From NCBI GenBank assembly GCA_026770705.1, contig JANJGN010000026.1, positions 33,542,001 through 33,606,000 of the forward strand: a DNA stretch of 64,000 nt. The letters are read 5' to 3'. The stretch comes from Isurus oxyrinchus. Its lineage: Eukaryota. The notes below the pieces were generated by a model. It was not told where the DNA came from. It made no database searches and saw nothing but the letters and a program-made list of their open reading frames with translations. A program made the translations under genes and the position numbers. This document shows positions 26,980 to 41,519 of this stretch, piece after piece (positions within the stretch are counted from its first letter, which is position 1; each line of letters starts with the position of its first letter).

Positions 26980-27021
26980 CATACAGCTGCAAACACCCAT
27001 ATACACACCCACACACCAACA

Positions 27022-27088
<67 letters not shown>

Positions 27089-27215
27089 TCACATACACAG
27101 GCACACACACCGACACACACCGACAGACACACACGCAGCTACACACACACACAGAGACCGACACACACACATACACACACACACGCCGACACACACACAC
27201 ACAGACCCTGACACA
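26980..27215 (+). repeat. (CA)n microsatellite
   Basis: Pure CA run ~27023-27086 with degenerate flanks. Confidence 0.97.
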
Positions 27216-27834
27216 CAGGAACATGGGTCATTAGAAAGCTCTGGCCGCCCATTCGCCTGATGATACGGTTTCAGACTCTGCCTCTTACAATCGGTGGCCA
27301 CGCCAAAAGCAAACAGAAAGTCCTATTGCAAAAGTGGGAAAAAAAACCTAAAATGAAAGATAACTGTAAGAATTACCACAGATCAACTCAAGCATCAATT
27401 AATCATCTGGAACACAATGCAGTGTGTGACTAAGTTGTGCAATGTGCAGTCCAATGTTGTTCACCTTTATTTCTGTTCCTCAATCTCACTGATGAAGGGA
27501 ATGTTACAAGATTCATCCCAACCTTTCAATACAAACATTACACACATTACACCAGAGCAATTAGAAATTGCACCCAACGCCTAATGGTTATTAACAAGTC
27601 TAAACGTATTCTTTCAACCACTTATCACCAACAGGGTATTATAACATTCTTAAAGTTAATACCTACCTATCCATGTGGCACGCTCTCTCCATCTCTAGTC
27701 AGCAGAAACCTTTTATAATGCAGTAAGAACTGAGACTTGGTCCAGTTTATCAATAAATGAGATAGGACCTCTACAATATAAGGTGAGACATAGGAGAGCA
27801 CAGTAATGAATGAAGCTGTCTAATACAGTAATAT

Positions 27835-28990
27835 CACAGAATCAACAAATCTTAATGGCACAGATGGGGGCCATTCGGCCCATCGTGCATGCACCGGCTC
27901 TCCAAATGAGCTTTATGACCTAGCGCCATTGCCCTGTCATTTCCCCATATCCTTGCACGTTGGTTGTATTCAAATACTCATTTAATTCCATCTTGAATGC
28001 TTCAGTTGAACGTCCCTCCACCGCATTTCCAAGCAGTGTATTCCAGACTCGAACCACTCGTTGTGTGAAAAAGCTTTTTCTCACGTCACATTTGTTTCTT
28101 TAGCAAATCACTTCAAATCTGTGCCCTCTTGCTTTTGATCCTTTTACGAATGAGAACAGTTTCTCCTTATCTGCTTTGTCCAGCCCGCTCATGATTTTGA
28201 AAACTTCAGCAAGTCTCCTCTCAGCCTTCTCCTCTCCATGGAAATAGTCACAACTTTTCCAATCTATCCTCATAGCTGAGGTTCCTCATCCCTGAGAGCA
28301 TTCTTGTAAACCTCTTCTGCACTCTCTCCAATATCTTCAAACCCTTCCTATAATATGGTACCCAGGGCGGTACACAATATTCCAGTTGAGATCGAAGGAG
28401 GGTCCTATATAAATTCAGCATAACCTCCCTGCTCTTGCACTCTATGCCCTTATTAACAGAGCCCAGGATACTATATGCATTATTAACTGCCATCTCCATC
28501 TGTCCGACCACCTTCATTGGTCTATGCACAAATACATCCAAGTATTTCTGCTCCTGCACACCTTCAAAATTCCAGCCCTTATTTTATATTGTCTGTCCAT
28601 GTTCTCCCTTCCAAAATGCATCACCTCACATTTCTCTGCGTTGAACTTCATCTGCCATCTAACTGCCCACTCCACTAACTTGTCTGTGTCCTCTTAAAGT
28701 TCCACACCGTTCTCATGTCAGTTCACAACACTCCCAAGCTTCGTATCAATCGCAAACTTCGAAATTGTCCCCTGCACACCAAGATCTACATCGTTAATAT
28801 ATATCAGGAAAAGCAAGGGCCCCAATGCCGACCCCTGGGGAACTCCACTACAAATCTTCCTCCAGCCCAAAAAGCATCGATTGACCATTACTCCCTGCTT
28901 CCTATTTTTCAGCCAGTTTTGTATCCATACTGCTACTGTCCCTTTTATTCCATGAGCAATAACTTTTTTCACAAGTTGGTTGTGAGATAA
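27835..28990 (-). mobile_element. CR1-type LINE fragment
   Basis: SGVPQGSALGPLLFLIYIND, LEYCV, LERVQKRFTRM. Confidence 0.92.
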
Positions 28991-29229
28991 ATCCTAATAT
29001 AATACCAAAAGAGATTTTGTGCAATGCAACAGCAGCTCAGGAATTGTCACTTGCAGTATATCTGGAGGCACGGCTATGTGCATTAATAAATGAAGCGGTA
29101 TATAATGTAACATAAACAGAGTCATAGTCCTGTGCAGTAATAACTGAGAAAGGGTCAATTGTAGTGTATACTGAGGCAGGGTCCAGTGCATTAATAAATT
29201 AAACTGCAGATAGCGTTATATAGACAGAT

Positions 29230-29915
29230 GCATTGCTGAGAGGAAGATAAAAGGAGAAATGGTAAGCAATTGGGAAAGCTAATCGAATGTTCTCTTTTCT
29301 TGTGAGGGGAACAGTAGGGAAGTTCTGCTTCAGTTATACCAGGCACTAGTGAGATCACGTTTGGAGTACTGTGTGCATCATTGGTCACCTTATTTAAGGA
29401 AGGACATGAATGTGTGAGAAGCAGTTCAGAGAAGGATTACTAGACTAATACCTGGAATGGTTGGGTTGCTTAATGAGATTGGACAGGCTAGACTTGTATC
29501 TGCTGGAGTTTAGAAGAGTAAGAGGCGACTTGACTGAAACATTTACGATCATGAGGGGCCTTGACAGGGTGGATGTGGAGAGGATGCCTTCACTTGTGGG
29601 AGAATCTAGAACTAGGGGTTACTGTTTAAAATAAGGGGTCGCCCATGTAAAACAGAGATGAGGCGAATTTTTTCACTCTCAGGGTCGTGAGTCTTTGGGA
29701 CAATCTTCCTAAAAAGGCAGTGGAAGCAGAGCCTTTGGATATTTTTAAGGCAGAGGTGGATAGATTCTTGGTAAACAAGGGGGTGATAGGTTATTGGTGG
29801 TAGGTGGGGTCCAAGATTTCAGGTTACTATCAGATCAACTATGATTTTATTAAAAGGCGGAACAGCTCCGGGGGGCTGAAAGGCCTACTCCTGCTCTTTG
29901 TTCGTATGCTCGTAT
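29230..29915 (+). mobile_element. CR1-type LINE 3' fragment
   Basis: Nucleotide similarity to the other CR1 3' ends (TTTAGAAGAGTAAGAGGCGACTTGA). Confidence 0.85.
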
Positions 29916-30469
29916 GTCCGTCTGGTCTAGTACAGTTATAACTGAGACAAGGTCATCAGGCCAAGTGTAGTGATAACTGAAGCATGGTGCAGTGTAAAAT
30001 AATGAAACACAAGGTGCAGCGAAATATAAGTTCAGACATGGTTGTACTACAGTACAAACTGAAAAAGGGTAATTGAAGTGTCCGCAGAAGCATGGCATAA
30101 TATAGTAACAAATGACACAAGATCTAATAATATAAACTTCGGCAGGGTCAGATGCAGTGATAACTGGGAAAGGACCAGTTACAGCACAAGTAGAAATATG
30201 GACGACTGCAGTAATAGATAAGATAGGACCCAGTGGACTATTGTTCAACAACAATAACTAAAGCAGAGTGTAGTATAGCATTTACAGCTGCAGGTGAGGT
30301 GCGAAATAAATTGAACCAGGGATGTATGGGGATTACTAAAACGGAGCCTTGATTGACATAAACTGAGACAAGACTTAGTGCAGTGATTACTGATACAGGG
30401 CCTGGATTATTATCAACCGAGACAGGGTCTAATGCAATGTTTACTGATACAGGGTCTAGATTAATATAA

Positions 30470-31835
30470 AAACAGAAAATTCTGGAAAAACGCCATCCCA
30501 TCCTCTCAGTTGCTTTGTCACCCTCACATCTGGTCCGATGATGCCACTTTCCAAAACACTGCTTCTGACATGTCTTCCTTCTTCCTAAACTGAGGTTTCC
30601 CCTCCACCACCCCCCACCCCCACCGCCCCCCACCCCCCCCCCAACCTGTGGATGACAGGGCCGTTAATTGTGTGTGACCCATCTTCCGAGCCTCTGTTCA
30701 CACTTTCCCCTCCCACCCAGAGCCATGATAGGATCCTCCTTGTCCTCACATTTCACCCCACAGCGTCCACATTCAAATGGTCATCCTCCGCCATTTCTAC
30801 TAACTCCAGCATGATGCCACCACCAAACAAATCTTGTCCTCACCACCCCAACCCCTTCGACTACTATCAGTGTTCTGTAGTGGCCATTCCCTTCAGGACA
30901 CCCTGGCCTACTCCTCCATCAACCCCAATACCTCATTCACTTCCCATGGCACCTTCCTATGCAATCACAGAAGATGCCACATCTGCCTCTTTACCTCCTC
31001 CTTCTTCACCATCCAAGGGCCCAAACATTCCTTTCAGGTGAAGCACTGCTTCATTGCACCTCCTTAAATTTGGCCCACTGCATTCGCTGCTCCCAATGCT
31101 GTCTCCTCTAGACTGGGGACACCAATCACAGACTGGGTGAGTGTTTTGTGGAACACCTTTGGTTTGTCTGCAAGCATGATCAAGGCCTTCTTGTCGCTTG
31201 CTATTTCAACACACCATCCTGCTCTCATGCCCACATGTCCATCATTGGCCTGCTGTAATGTTCCAGTGAAGCCCAACACAAACTGGAAGAACAGCACCTC
31301 ATCTTCTGATAATGCACTTTAAAGCCTTATTCATTTATTAATTGTTTCAGCCCCATTTTACCCTCTTTTCTTGTTCCTTTTCATATAGTTTTTCCCCAAC
31401 CACCGCCCCCTCCACCAACCACACCTCCCAAAAGGCCCATCTGTTACTTGTTCCATGTTGTTCTTTCACAGTGTGTTGACTCTGGTTCTGCTATTAACAC
31501 ATTCTGCTTTCTTACCTTTATGCCACTATCAGCACCTTGTTTAGCCTTACCACTACCATTAACTCTCCCTTAGCCTTTTTGCCCATGATATGTTTGTCAG
31601 CATCACCTTACCCCCAACTATCGCCTGCCTTCTATCCAGCCTCACCTGATCCACCCCGCTTAAATAGTATTAATGTTGTCATATTTCCATTGTTCTTTAG
31701 CTCTGAGGAAGAGTCATAGGGTCTTTAAATGTTAACTCTGCTTCTCTCCCCACAGGTGCTGTCAGACGTGCTGAGTTTTGCCATCATTTTGTGTTTTCCT
31801 TTCAGACTTCCAGCATCTGCAGTATTTTGCTTTTA
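30470..31835 (+). mobile_element. Decayed Penelope-like retroelement (GIY-YIG region and 3' pseudo-LTR)
   Basis: Frameshifted GTFLCNHRRCHIC...FQVK..F....N L.HCIRCSQCCLL*TGDT..RLGECFVEH motif; 3' end CTGCTGAGTTTT...CCAGCATCTGCAGT with a degenerate hammerhead at ~31702. Confidence 0.85.
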
Positions 31836-34800
31836 TCCCTTTTGATATAAATTAAGAAAATGCCTTTTGCAGTGATTACTGATACAGGGTCTAGGGTAAT
31901 ATAAACTAAGACAGGGGCAAGTGCAGTGATTACTCATACAGGTCTAGATTGATATAAACTGAGGCAGGGCGAAGTGCAGTGTTTACTGATATAGGGTCTA
32001 GATTGATACAAACTGAGGCAGGGCATAGTGCAGTGATCGCTGATACAGGACTGAGATGAATATAACTCAGGACAAGTGATGAGGCAGTGATTCCTGAAAC
32101 AAGATGTAGAGCATATAAGCTGAGACAGTGTCCATTGCTGTGAAAACTGTTACAGGGTCTATATCAATATGAGCTGAGATAGTGTCTAGTGTAGTGATTG
32201 CTGATACAAGGTCTGGATTAAGATAAACTGAGACAAGGTCTAATACAGTGATTACTGATACAATGTCTAGATTAAAATAAACTGAGACAGGGTCAAGTGC
32301 AGTGATAACTGATAGAGGGTATAGGTTGATATAATCTGAGGCAGGCCATAGTACAGTGATTACTGATACAGGGTGTCAATCAATAAAAACTGAGACAGTG
32401 TCCATTGCAGTGATTACTGATGCAGCATCTAGACCAATTTAACCTGAGGCAAGGTATAGTGCAGTGTTTACTGGTACACGATTAGCAATAATATAAACTG
32501 AGACAACGTCTAGTGCAGTGATTACTGATACAGGGCCTATATCAATTTACACTGAGATGGAGTCTAATGCACTGATTATTGATACAGGGTCAAAATTAAT
32601 ATAATTGAGACAGGGTCTTGTGCAGTGATTACTGATACAGGATCTAGATCAATATAAACAGAGAGAGTCAAGTGCAGAAATTATTAATATAGGGTCTCAA
32701 TTGATATAAACTGACACAGAGCATTTAGCATTAATTACTGATACAGGGCCTAGATTAATATAAACTGAGAGAGAGTCTAGTGCAGTGATTACTGATACAG
32801 AGTCTTTAATAATATAAACTGAGTCAGTCTCTCCTGGAACAGGGTCTGGACTAATAAAAGCTGAGACGGGGCCCAGCGCAGTGATTACTGTTGAAGGGTC
32901 GAGGCTAATATGAACGGAGGCAGAGCCAACTGCAGTGATTACTGATAAAGAGTTTAGATTAATATAAATTGATTCAGCACCTAGTGAAGTGATTTCTGAC
33001 ACAGGCTCTAGATTAGTATGAAGTGAGACAGGCTCTTCTGCAGCGATTATCGCTACCAGCTCTAGATTGATAAAAATTGAGGCAGGGCCAAGTGCAGTGA
33101 TTACTGGTACAGGCTCTAGATTAATACAACTGATACAAGGTCTAGTGCAGTGATAACACATACAGGAGAGAGACCAATATAAACCAAGTTAAGGTGTAGT
33201 GCAGTGATTACTGATACAGTGGCTAAATCAATATAAACTGAGACAGGGCCACGTACAGTGATTACTGATGCAGTGTCTAGGTTGATATAATCTGAGGCAG
33301 TCCATACTGCAGTAATTACTGATACAGGATCTATATCAAAATAAGCTGAGTTAGGTCTAAAGCAGTTTACTGATACAGGGTCTTGATAAATATAAAAGGA
33401 TAGAGGGTCTACCTCATTGATTACTGATACAGGGCCCAGACAAATATAAAATAAGACAGGGGCTAATGCAGTGATGACTGATACATGATTGAACTTAACA
33501 TAAAATGAGACAGGGTCCATTGCAGTGATTATTGAAACCCGGTCTAAATTAATACAAAATTAAATAGGGTCTATTGCTATGGTTAATGATACAGGGTCTA
33601 GATCAATTTAAACTGAGACAGGGTCTAGTGCACTGATTACTGATACAGGGTCAAAATTAACATAAGTGAGATAGGGTCTAGTGTGGTGATTACTGATAGA
33701 TTAACATAAACTGAGGCAGGTTCTAGTGCAGTAATTAGTGATACAAGGACTAGATTAATATAAACTGAGACAGGCTCTGGTACAGAGATAAATGATACAG
33801 GGTCATGATCAACATTAACCGAGACAGGGTCTAGTGCACTGATTACTGATACAGGGTCTAGATTGATTTAAAAACAATAACTGAGGCAGGGTCTAGTGCA
33901 GTGATTACTGATACAGGATCTAGATCAATGCAAACTGATACAGTGTCTATTGCAGTGATTACTGATACATGGTCTAGGTTGATATAAATGAGGCAGGGCC
34001 TACTGCCATGATTACTGATACAAGATCTAGACTAATATAAACTGAGACAGGCTTGAGTGAAGAGATAACTAATACAGGACCTAGATCAATATTAACTGAG
34101 ATAGGGTCTCGTGGACTGAATACTCATGCAGGGTTTAAGCTAATATGAACTGAGACAGGGCATTGTACAGTGATTACTGATAGTGGGCCTGTATAAATAT
34201 AAACTAGAACAGGGTTAGTGCAGTGATTACTGATACAGGGTCTGGACTAATATAAACTGAGATGGGGCCCAAAGCAATGATTACTGATACAGGCTCTAAA
34301 TTAATATAAACTGAGGCAGGGCCTAGTGCAGTGATTACTAATACAGGGGCTAGATCAATATAAACTGAGATAGTGTCTTGTGCAGTTCTTACTTATACAG
34401 GGCCCAGATAAATATAAGCCAGGACAGGGGCTAGTGCAGTGATTACTGATACAGGGGCTAAATCAATATAAACTGAGACAGGGCCTAGATCAATGATTAT
34501 TATACAGGGTCTTGATTAATATAAAATGAAAGACGGTCTTCTGCAGTGATTACTGATACAGGGTCTAGATTGAAATAAACTAAGGCAGGCAATAGTGAAG
34601 TGGTTACTGATTCAGGGCCCAGATAAATATACACTAGGACATGGGCTAGCGTGGTAATTACTGATACAGGGCCTAGATCAATGCAAACTGATACAGTGTC
34701 TATTGCAGTGATTACTGATACAGGGTCTAGATTAATATAAACTGAGACAGGCCCTAGTGCCGTATTTAATGATACAGGATCTAGACGAATATAAACTAAG

Positions 34801-36871
34801 ACAGGCTCAAGTGAAGAGATAACTGATATAGAGCCTAGATCAATATTAACTGAGACAGGGCCTAATGCACCAATTACTGATATAAGGTCTAGATTAACAT
34901 AAACTGAGAGAGGGCCTGGTGCAGTGATTGCTAACATAGGGCCTAGATTGATATAAACTGATATAGAGCATAGAGCAGTGATTACTGATAAAGGCTCTAG
35001 ATTAATAGAAACTGAGACAGGGCCTGGTGTAGTGATTACTAAGACAGTGTGTTCATTAATATAAACTGAGACAGGCTCTATTTCAATGATTACTGATACA
35101 GGTCATGTCCAGTGCAGTGCTTACTGACACAGGGTCTAGATCAAAATAAACTGAGACAGTATCCAGTGAAATGATTCCTGATGCAGGATGTAGATGATAA
35201 AAACTGAGGCAGGGCATAGTGCAATGATTACTGATACAGGGTCTAGTTTAATATAGCCGAGACAGGGTCCAGTGCAATGATTACTGACACAAGATCTTGA
35301 TTAATATAAACTGATACAGGGCAAAGCACAGTGATTAACGATACAGGGTCTCGATTTATATAAACTGAGACAGGGCATAGTGCAGCGATTACCAATACAG
35401 GGCCTAGATTAATAGAGACTGAGACAGGGTAAAGTGCAATGATTACTGATACAGGGTCCAGATTTCTATAGACTGGGGCAGGTCATAGCGCAGTGAATAC
35501 TGATTCATACAAACTGGGACAGGATCTGGGGCAGTGATTACTGATACAGGGACTAGATAAAAATAAACTGACACTGTGTCCAGGGCGGTGATTACTGATA
35601 CACGACCTGAACTAATATAAACTAAGACAGGGCCAAGTGCAGTGATTATTGATACATGGTCTTGACTAATACAAACTGAGATGGGGCCTAGTGCAGTGAT
35701 TACTGATGTAGGGTGTAGGTTAATATGAACTGAGAACTGAGACAGAGTATATTGCAGAGCTTACTGATGCATGGTGTGGACTACTATAAACTGAGTCTGG
35801 GTCTAGTGCGGAGAAATATGATGCAGCTGATGTCAATATTAACTGAAACAGGGTCCAGTGCAATGGTTACTGATAATGCACTTTGATTAATATAAACTGA
35901 AACTGTGTCCAGTGCAGTGATTAGTGACACAGGTTCTAGGTTAATGTAAACTGAGTCAGGGCCTAGTGCAGTGATTACCGATACAGGGTCTGGATTAATA
36001 TAAACTGAGACAGGGTCTAGTGCAGTGTTTACTGATACAGGGTCTAGATTAATAGAAAATGAGACAGGGCCAAGTTCAGTGATTACTGATACAGGGTCTA
36101 GGTTAAGATAACCAGGGACAGGGCCTCAGGCAGTGATTACTGATACAGGGCCTTCAGTAATATAAACTGAGACAGGTTCTATTGCAGAGATAACTGATAC
36201 AGGGTCTAGAACAACATTAACTGAGACAGGGTCTAGTGCAGTGATTACTGATACAGTCTAGATTAAGGTAATCTGAGACAAGACCTAGAGCAGTGATTAC
36301 TTATACAGGGTCTTGATTAATGTAAAACGAAAGAGGGTCTCCTGCAGTGATTAATGATACAGGGTCTAGTTTGAAATAAACTGAGGCAGGCCATTGTGCA
36401 GTAATTACTGACACAGGATCTCGATTAATATAAACTGAGGTCGGGCCAAGCGCAGCGATTATCAATCCAGGGTCTAGATTAATAGAAACTGAGGCAAATG
36501 CAGTGACTACTGATAAAGGGTCTAGATTTATATAAACTGGGGCAGGGCATAGCACAGTGAATACTGATACAGGGATGAGATTAATACAAACTGAGACAGG
36601 ATCTGGGGTAATGATTACTGATACAGGGACCAGATCACAATAAACTGACACCATGTCAAGGGCGGTGATTACTAATAAATGGCCTGAACTAGTGTAAACT
36701 GAGACAGGGCCAAGTGCAGTGACTACTGATACAGGGTCTTGTCTAATACAAACTGAGACAGGTCCTCGTGCAGTGATTACCGATTCAGGGCCTAGATTAA
36801 TATGAACTGAGAACTGAGACAAAGTATATTGCAGAGATTACTGATGCATGATGTGGACTACTATAAACTGA

Positions 36872-37121
36872 TAAAAACAAAGAGAACTGCGGATGCTGGA
36901 AATCCAAAACAAAAACAGAATTACCTGGAAAAACTCAGCAGGTCTGGCAGCATCGGCGGAGAAGAAAAGAGTTGACGTTTCGAGTCTTCATGACCCTTCG
37001 ACAGAACTTGACAGTTCGACAGTTCTGTCGAAGGGTCATGAAGACTCGAAACGTCAACTCTTTTCTTCTCCGCCGATGCTGCCAGACCTGCTGAGTTTTT
37101 CCAGGTAATTCTGTTTTTGTT
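36872..37121. mobile_element. Short Penelope-like insertion forming a perfect foldback, with 13-bp TSD
   Basis: Arms 36908-37008 and 37021-37121 are reverse complements; TACTATAAACTGA at 36859-36871 and 37121-37133. Confidence 0.9.
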
Positions 37122-37414
37122 ACTATAAACTGAATCTGGGTCTAGTGCAGAGAAATATGATGCAGGGCCGACGTCAACATTAACTGAGACAGGGTCCAGT
37201 GCAGATGTTACTGATACAGGGCCTTGATCAATATACACTGAGACAGTGTCCAGTGCAGTGATTAGAGACTTAGGACCTAGATTAATATAAACGGAGTCAG
37301 GGCCTCATGCAGTCATTACTGATATAGGGTCTAGATTGATATAAACTGCAGGAGGGCATTGTGCAGTGATTACGGAGACAGGGCCTGGATTAATATAAAC
37401 TGAGACAGGGTCTA

Positions 37415-38025
37415 GGCACCTTACAGCCTTCCGGTCTGAATATTGAATTCAATAACTTTAGGTCGTGAGCTCCCTACCTATCCCCACCCCCTTTCTGCTT
37501 CCCCCTTTTTTTCCCCTTTTTTTCCCTATAAATTTTATAGATTTTTCTTTTCCCACCTATTTCCATTATTTTTAAATATTTTAAAATCTTTTATGCTCCC
37601 CCCCACCCCCACTAGAGCTGTACCTTGAGTGCCCTACCATCCATTCTTAATTAGCACATTCGTTTAGATAATATCACCAACTTTAACTTTAACACCTATG
37701 TGTTCTTTTGTCCCATTGTCACTGACATCTTTTGATGATCTGCTTCTATCACTGCTTGTTTGTCTACACAAGCACCTCTGTCTCTCTCTCTCTCTCCACC
37801 CCCCCCCCCCCCCACCCCCCCCCCCCCCCCCCGCCCCACACACCTTAAACCAGCTTATATTTCAACTCTTTCCTGGACTCGAAATCAAGTTCTGTCGAAG
37901 GGTCATGAAGACTCGAAACGTCAACTCTTTTCTTCTCCGCCGATGCTGCCAGACCTGCTGAGTTTTTCCAGGTAATTCTGTTTTTGTTTTGGATTTCCAG
38001 CATCCGCAGTTTTGTTTTGTCTTTA
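37415..38025 (+). mobile_element. Penelope-like 3' fragment inserted in the satellite
   Basis: Same terminal sequence as the 36.9-kb copy, preceded by a pyrimidine-rich UTR shared with the 44.8-45.3 kb copy. Confidence 0.88.
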
Positions 38026-41000
38026 TCTCTAGTGCAGTGATGACTGATACAGTCTCGAGATTGATATAAACTGAGGTAGTGCATTCTGCAGTGATTACTG
38101 ACACTGGCTTTAGATTAAGATAGATATAAATCAATATAAATGGAGACAGTCTCTACTGCAGTGATTACTGATACAGAGTCTAGATTGATATAACGGTAAC
38201 AAGGTGTAGTATAGTGATTACTGATTCAGGGCCAAGATTAATATAAGCTGAGACAGGATCTAGTGAGTTATTACTGATAAAGGGACTATATTATTTTTTA
38301 ATGAGAAAGGGTCTAGTCTCTGATTACTAATGCAGCATCTAGATTTTTATAAGCTGAGACAGGATCCAGTGCAGTGATTATTGACATAGGGCTTAGATTG
38401 ATATAAACTGAGGCAGTGCATATTGCAGTGCTTACTGATACAAGGTTGAGATTAATAGAAACTGAGAAAGGGCCAAGTGCAATGATTACTGATACAGGCT
38501 CTAGGTTAAGATAAACAGAGACAGGGCCTAAGGCAGTGATTACTGATACAGGGCCTTCACTAATATAAACTGAGACAAGTTCTATCGCAGAGATAACTGA
38601 TACAGTGTCTAGATCAACATTAACTGATATGGGGCCTAGTGCAGTGATTACTGATACCAGCCTAGATTAATATAAACTGAGACAGGGCCTAGAGCAGTGG
38701 TTAATTACACAGGGTCTTGATTAATATAAAATGAAAGAGGGTCTTCTGCAGTGATTAATGATACAGGGTCTAGGTTGAAATAAACTGAGGCAAGCCATTG
38801 TGCAGTGGTTACTGATGCAAGACCCATATAAATGTATACTAGAACATGGGCTAGTGCAGTGATTACTGACACAGGATCTAGATCAATATAAACTGACACA
38901 GTGTCCATTGCAGTGATTATTGATACAGGGTCTCAATCAATGCAAACTGATACATTGTCTATTACAGTGATTACTGATACATAGCCTTGATTAATGGAAA
39001 CTGAGACAGGTTCCAGTGCCGTATTTAGTGATAGAGGATCTAGACTAATATAAACTGAGACAGGCTCAAGTTCAGAGATAACTGATGCAGGGCCTAGATA
39101 AATATTACCGGAGACAGGACCTACTACACTGATTATTTATCCAGAGCCTGGGTTAATATTAACTGAGACAGGGCCTAGTGCAGTGATTACTAATACAGAG
39201 TCTAGATTGATAAATATTGAGACAGAGCATAGTACAATGATTACTGATACAGCATCTAGATTAATAAAAACTGAAAGAGGACCAGGTCCATTGATTACTG
39301 ATACAGGGTCTCGAGATATTAACTGAGACAAGGTCTAGTGCAGTGATTACTGACACAGGATCTAGATTAATATAATCTGATATAGGGCCAAGTGCAGCAA
39401 TTACCGAAACAGGATCTGGATTAATAGAAACTGCAGCAGGGCATTGTACAATGATTACTGATACAGAGTCTAGATTAATAGAACCTGAGACAAAGTTCAG
39501 TGCTGTGTTTACTGATATATGGTCCTGATCAATACAAACTCAGACAATGACCAGTGGAGCGATGACTGATACAGGGTCTAAATTGATATAAACTGAGGCA
39601 GTACATAGTGCAGTGATTACTGATACAGGTCTAGGTTAGTATAACCTGGACAGGCTCTACTGCAGTGATTACTGATATAGGGCCAAAATTAATATAAACT
39701 AACAGGATCTAGTGAGTTATTACTGATGAAGGGACTATATTAATTTTTAATGAGAAAGGATCTAGTGCACTCATTACTAATGCAACATCTAGATTTTTAT
39801 CAGCTGAGACAGGATCCAATGCAGTGATTACTGATATAGTGTTTAGATTAATAGAAACTAATAAAAATAGAAAAGGGCCAAGTGCATTGATTACTGATAC
39901 AGGCTCTAGGTTAAGATAAGCTGAGACAGGGTGTGGTGCAGTGATTACTGATCAATTATCTGGACTAATATAAAGTGAGACAGGGCCAAGTGCAAGAATT
40001 ATTTCATCAGTGGCGCCCATATCCCAAGAATGAATTAAAGTGATGCAAAATACTGTAGATTCTGGAAATCTAAAGCAAAACAAAACAAAAAACACACTTA
40101 GCAGGCCTGTGAGCATCAGTTCGGAGAGAAACAGATCAAATTTTCAGGTCGATGGCAGGTGCAAAATCTCCTTTGGTACCATCCTTGAGCGCAGAACTGT
40201 TCGCCCCACTATCCCAGACCAATATTCATTCTTCAATTAAAATCAAATATTATCTGGTCATTTTTCACAGCTCTATTCGTGGGATCTTGCTGTGTACAGA
40301 TCACCCAATGCGTTTCCAACATTACAGCTGTGTATAAACTACTATAAAACTACGTTGACAAGTTTTAAGGGTCGTGAGAATCATTCTATAAATGCACATT
40401 ATTTCTAAATGTTAACATTTTAAAATGATAGCTGCAATATGTTGAAAACCCAGAGATTAATATGATTGTAGGTCAGTCCTCTGGCTGCCGTTTTAACTTG
40501 TCCAATTTAAAGGGGTTAAATCTTCAATCAAATTGACATTCAATGGAATCCCAACCTGTTCAAAGATTGTGATAGTAGATCTTTTGGAATTAAATCCTTA
40601 ATTTAAATGTATTTTTATTTATTTGAAATAAATAACATGTGTTCTTATGAATGTTAAAGAAGTTTCCATTCATTTTGTACCAACTGTCAATATTCTTAAA
40701 ATAAAACCTTGTTTTGAGTTAAAACCAATCAATAAGTGTCTGTGTTTATCTGGTTTTGCTGCAATGAACACTTCATTGAAACCAGTGAGGCGTTTATGTA
40801 AATAAACACAGAAATAGAAGTCCCAGATTAGATTCTGGAGAGACAAAAACACAACAAATATTTCCCCACCAACACAGAAATAGAGCCAAACATGCAAATA
40901 CATCAACCGATTGCAGTAGCAATTTTTTTGGGCAATTTTTAAAATTAGTTATATGAGCATTATGTCACGATGATATCTATGTTCAGAATTAAGATAGACT

Positions 41001-41159
41001 CCCACTTATCATGAAATATAATGGCATGGCAAATGTGTTTGTAGAGATTTCCTGTATCCTCTCCCTCTCTGTCTCTTTCTCTTATTTGGTTCTTTGTTTT
41101 GTCTCTCCACCATGGGTCACCAGTAGCGAGGATTTGATGCCGCAATGAAATGCCGAAGG

Positions 41160-41510
41160 ATCTTTCCCTGTATCTAACCTGTGCTGTCTCGGCCTTTGGA
41201 GTATTTGATGGGACAGTGTAGACTGGGACAATTTCACTCTGAATCTAACCTGTGCTATACCTGCCTTACGAGTTTTCCATGTGGCAATGTAGAGGGAGCT
41301 TTATATTATTAATGTAGTCCCATGCTACACCTGACCTGGGAGTGTTTGATGGAGCCGCAGGCCCTGTCTCTGCATTACACTAGACCGTTTCTAACCGCAT
41401 ATAATCAGTGCTGGGAGTTTTTAATGCGGCAATGTAGAGGGAGCTTTAAATTCTGTGCCTCGCCCCATGCTGCACCTGCCCTGGGAGTGTTTGATGGGAC
41501 TGTAGGCCCG
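41160..41510 (+). repeat. ~65-bp tandem repeat (CTAACC-GTGCT-TACCTGCCCTGGGAGTGTTTGATGGGAC); related copy at ~56830-56930
   Basis: About five degenerate copies of GGGAGTGTTTGATGG. Confidence 0.7.
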
Positions 41511-41519
41511 GTGTCAATA

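Larger units (their letters stand above)
31840..40000 (+). repeat. Satellite array, 27-bp monomers in a 54-bp A/B dimer
   Basis: Consensus TGCAGTGATTACTGATACAGGGTCTAG / ATTAATATAAACTGAGACAGGGTCTAG; gives 9-aa-periodic spurious ORFs (VSVITALGP/VSVYINLDP). Confidence 0.95.

Noticed and set aside
32697-39331. Hydrophobic 9-aa-repeat ORFs
   Set aside because: Products of the 27-bp satellite.
31840-40000. Satellite as an RSS array or CRISPR-like array
   Set aside because: TGCAGTG lacks the essential CAC and has no nonamer; there are no unique spacers; the context is eukaryotic.
40750-40850. YFC motif with an RSS-like sequence on the minus strand
   Set aside because: No upstream V framework; heptamer and spacer are poor.
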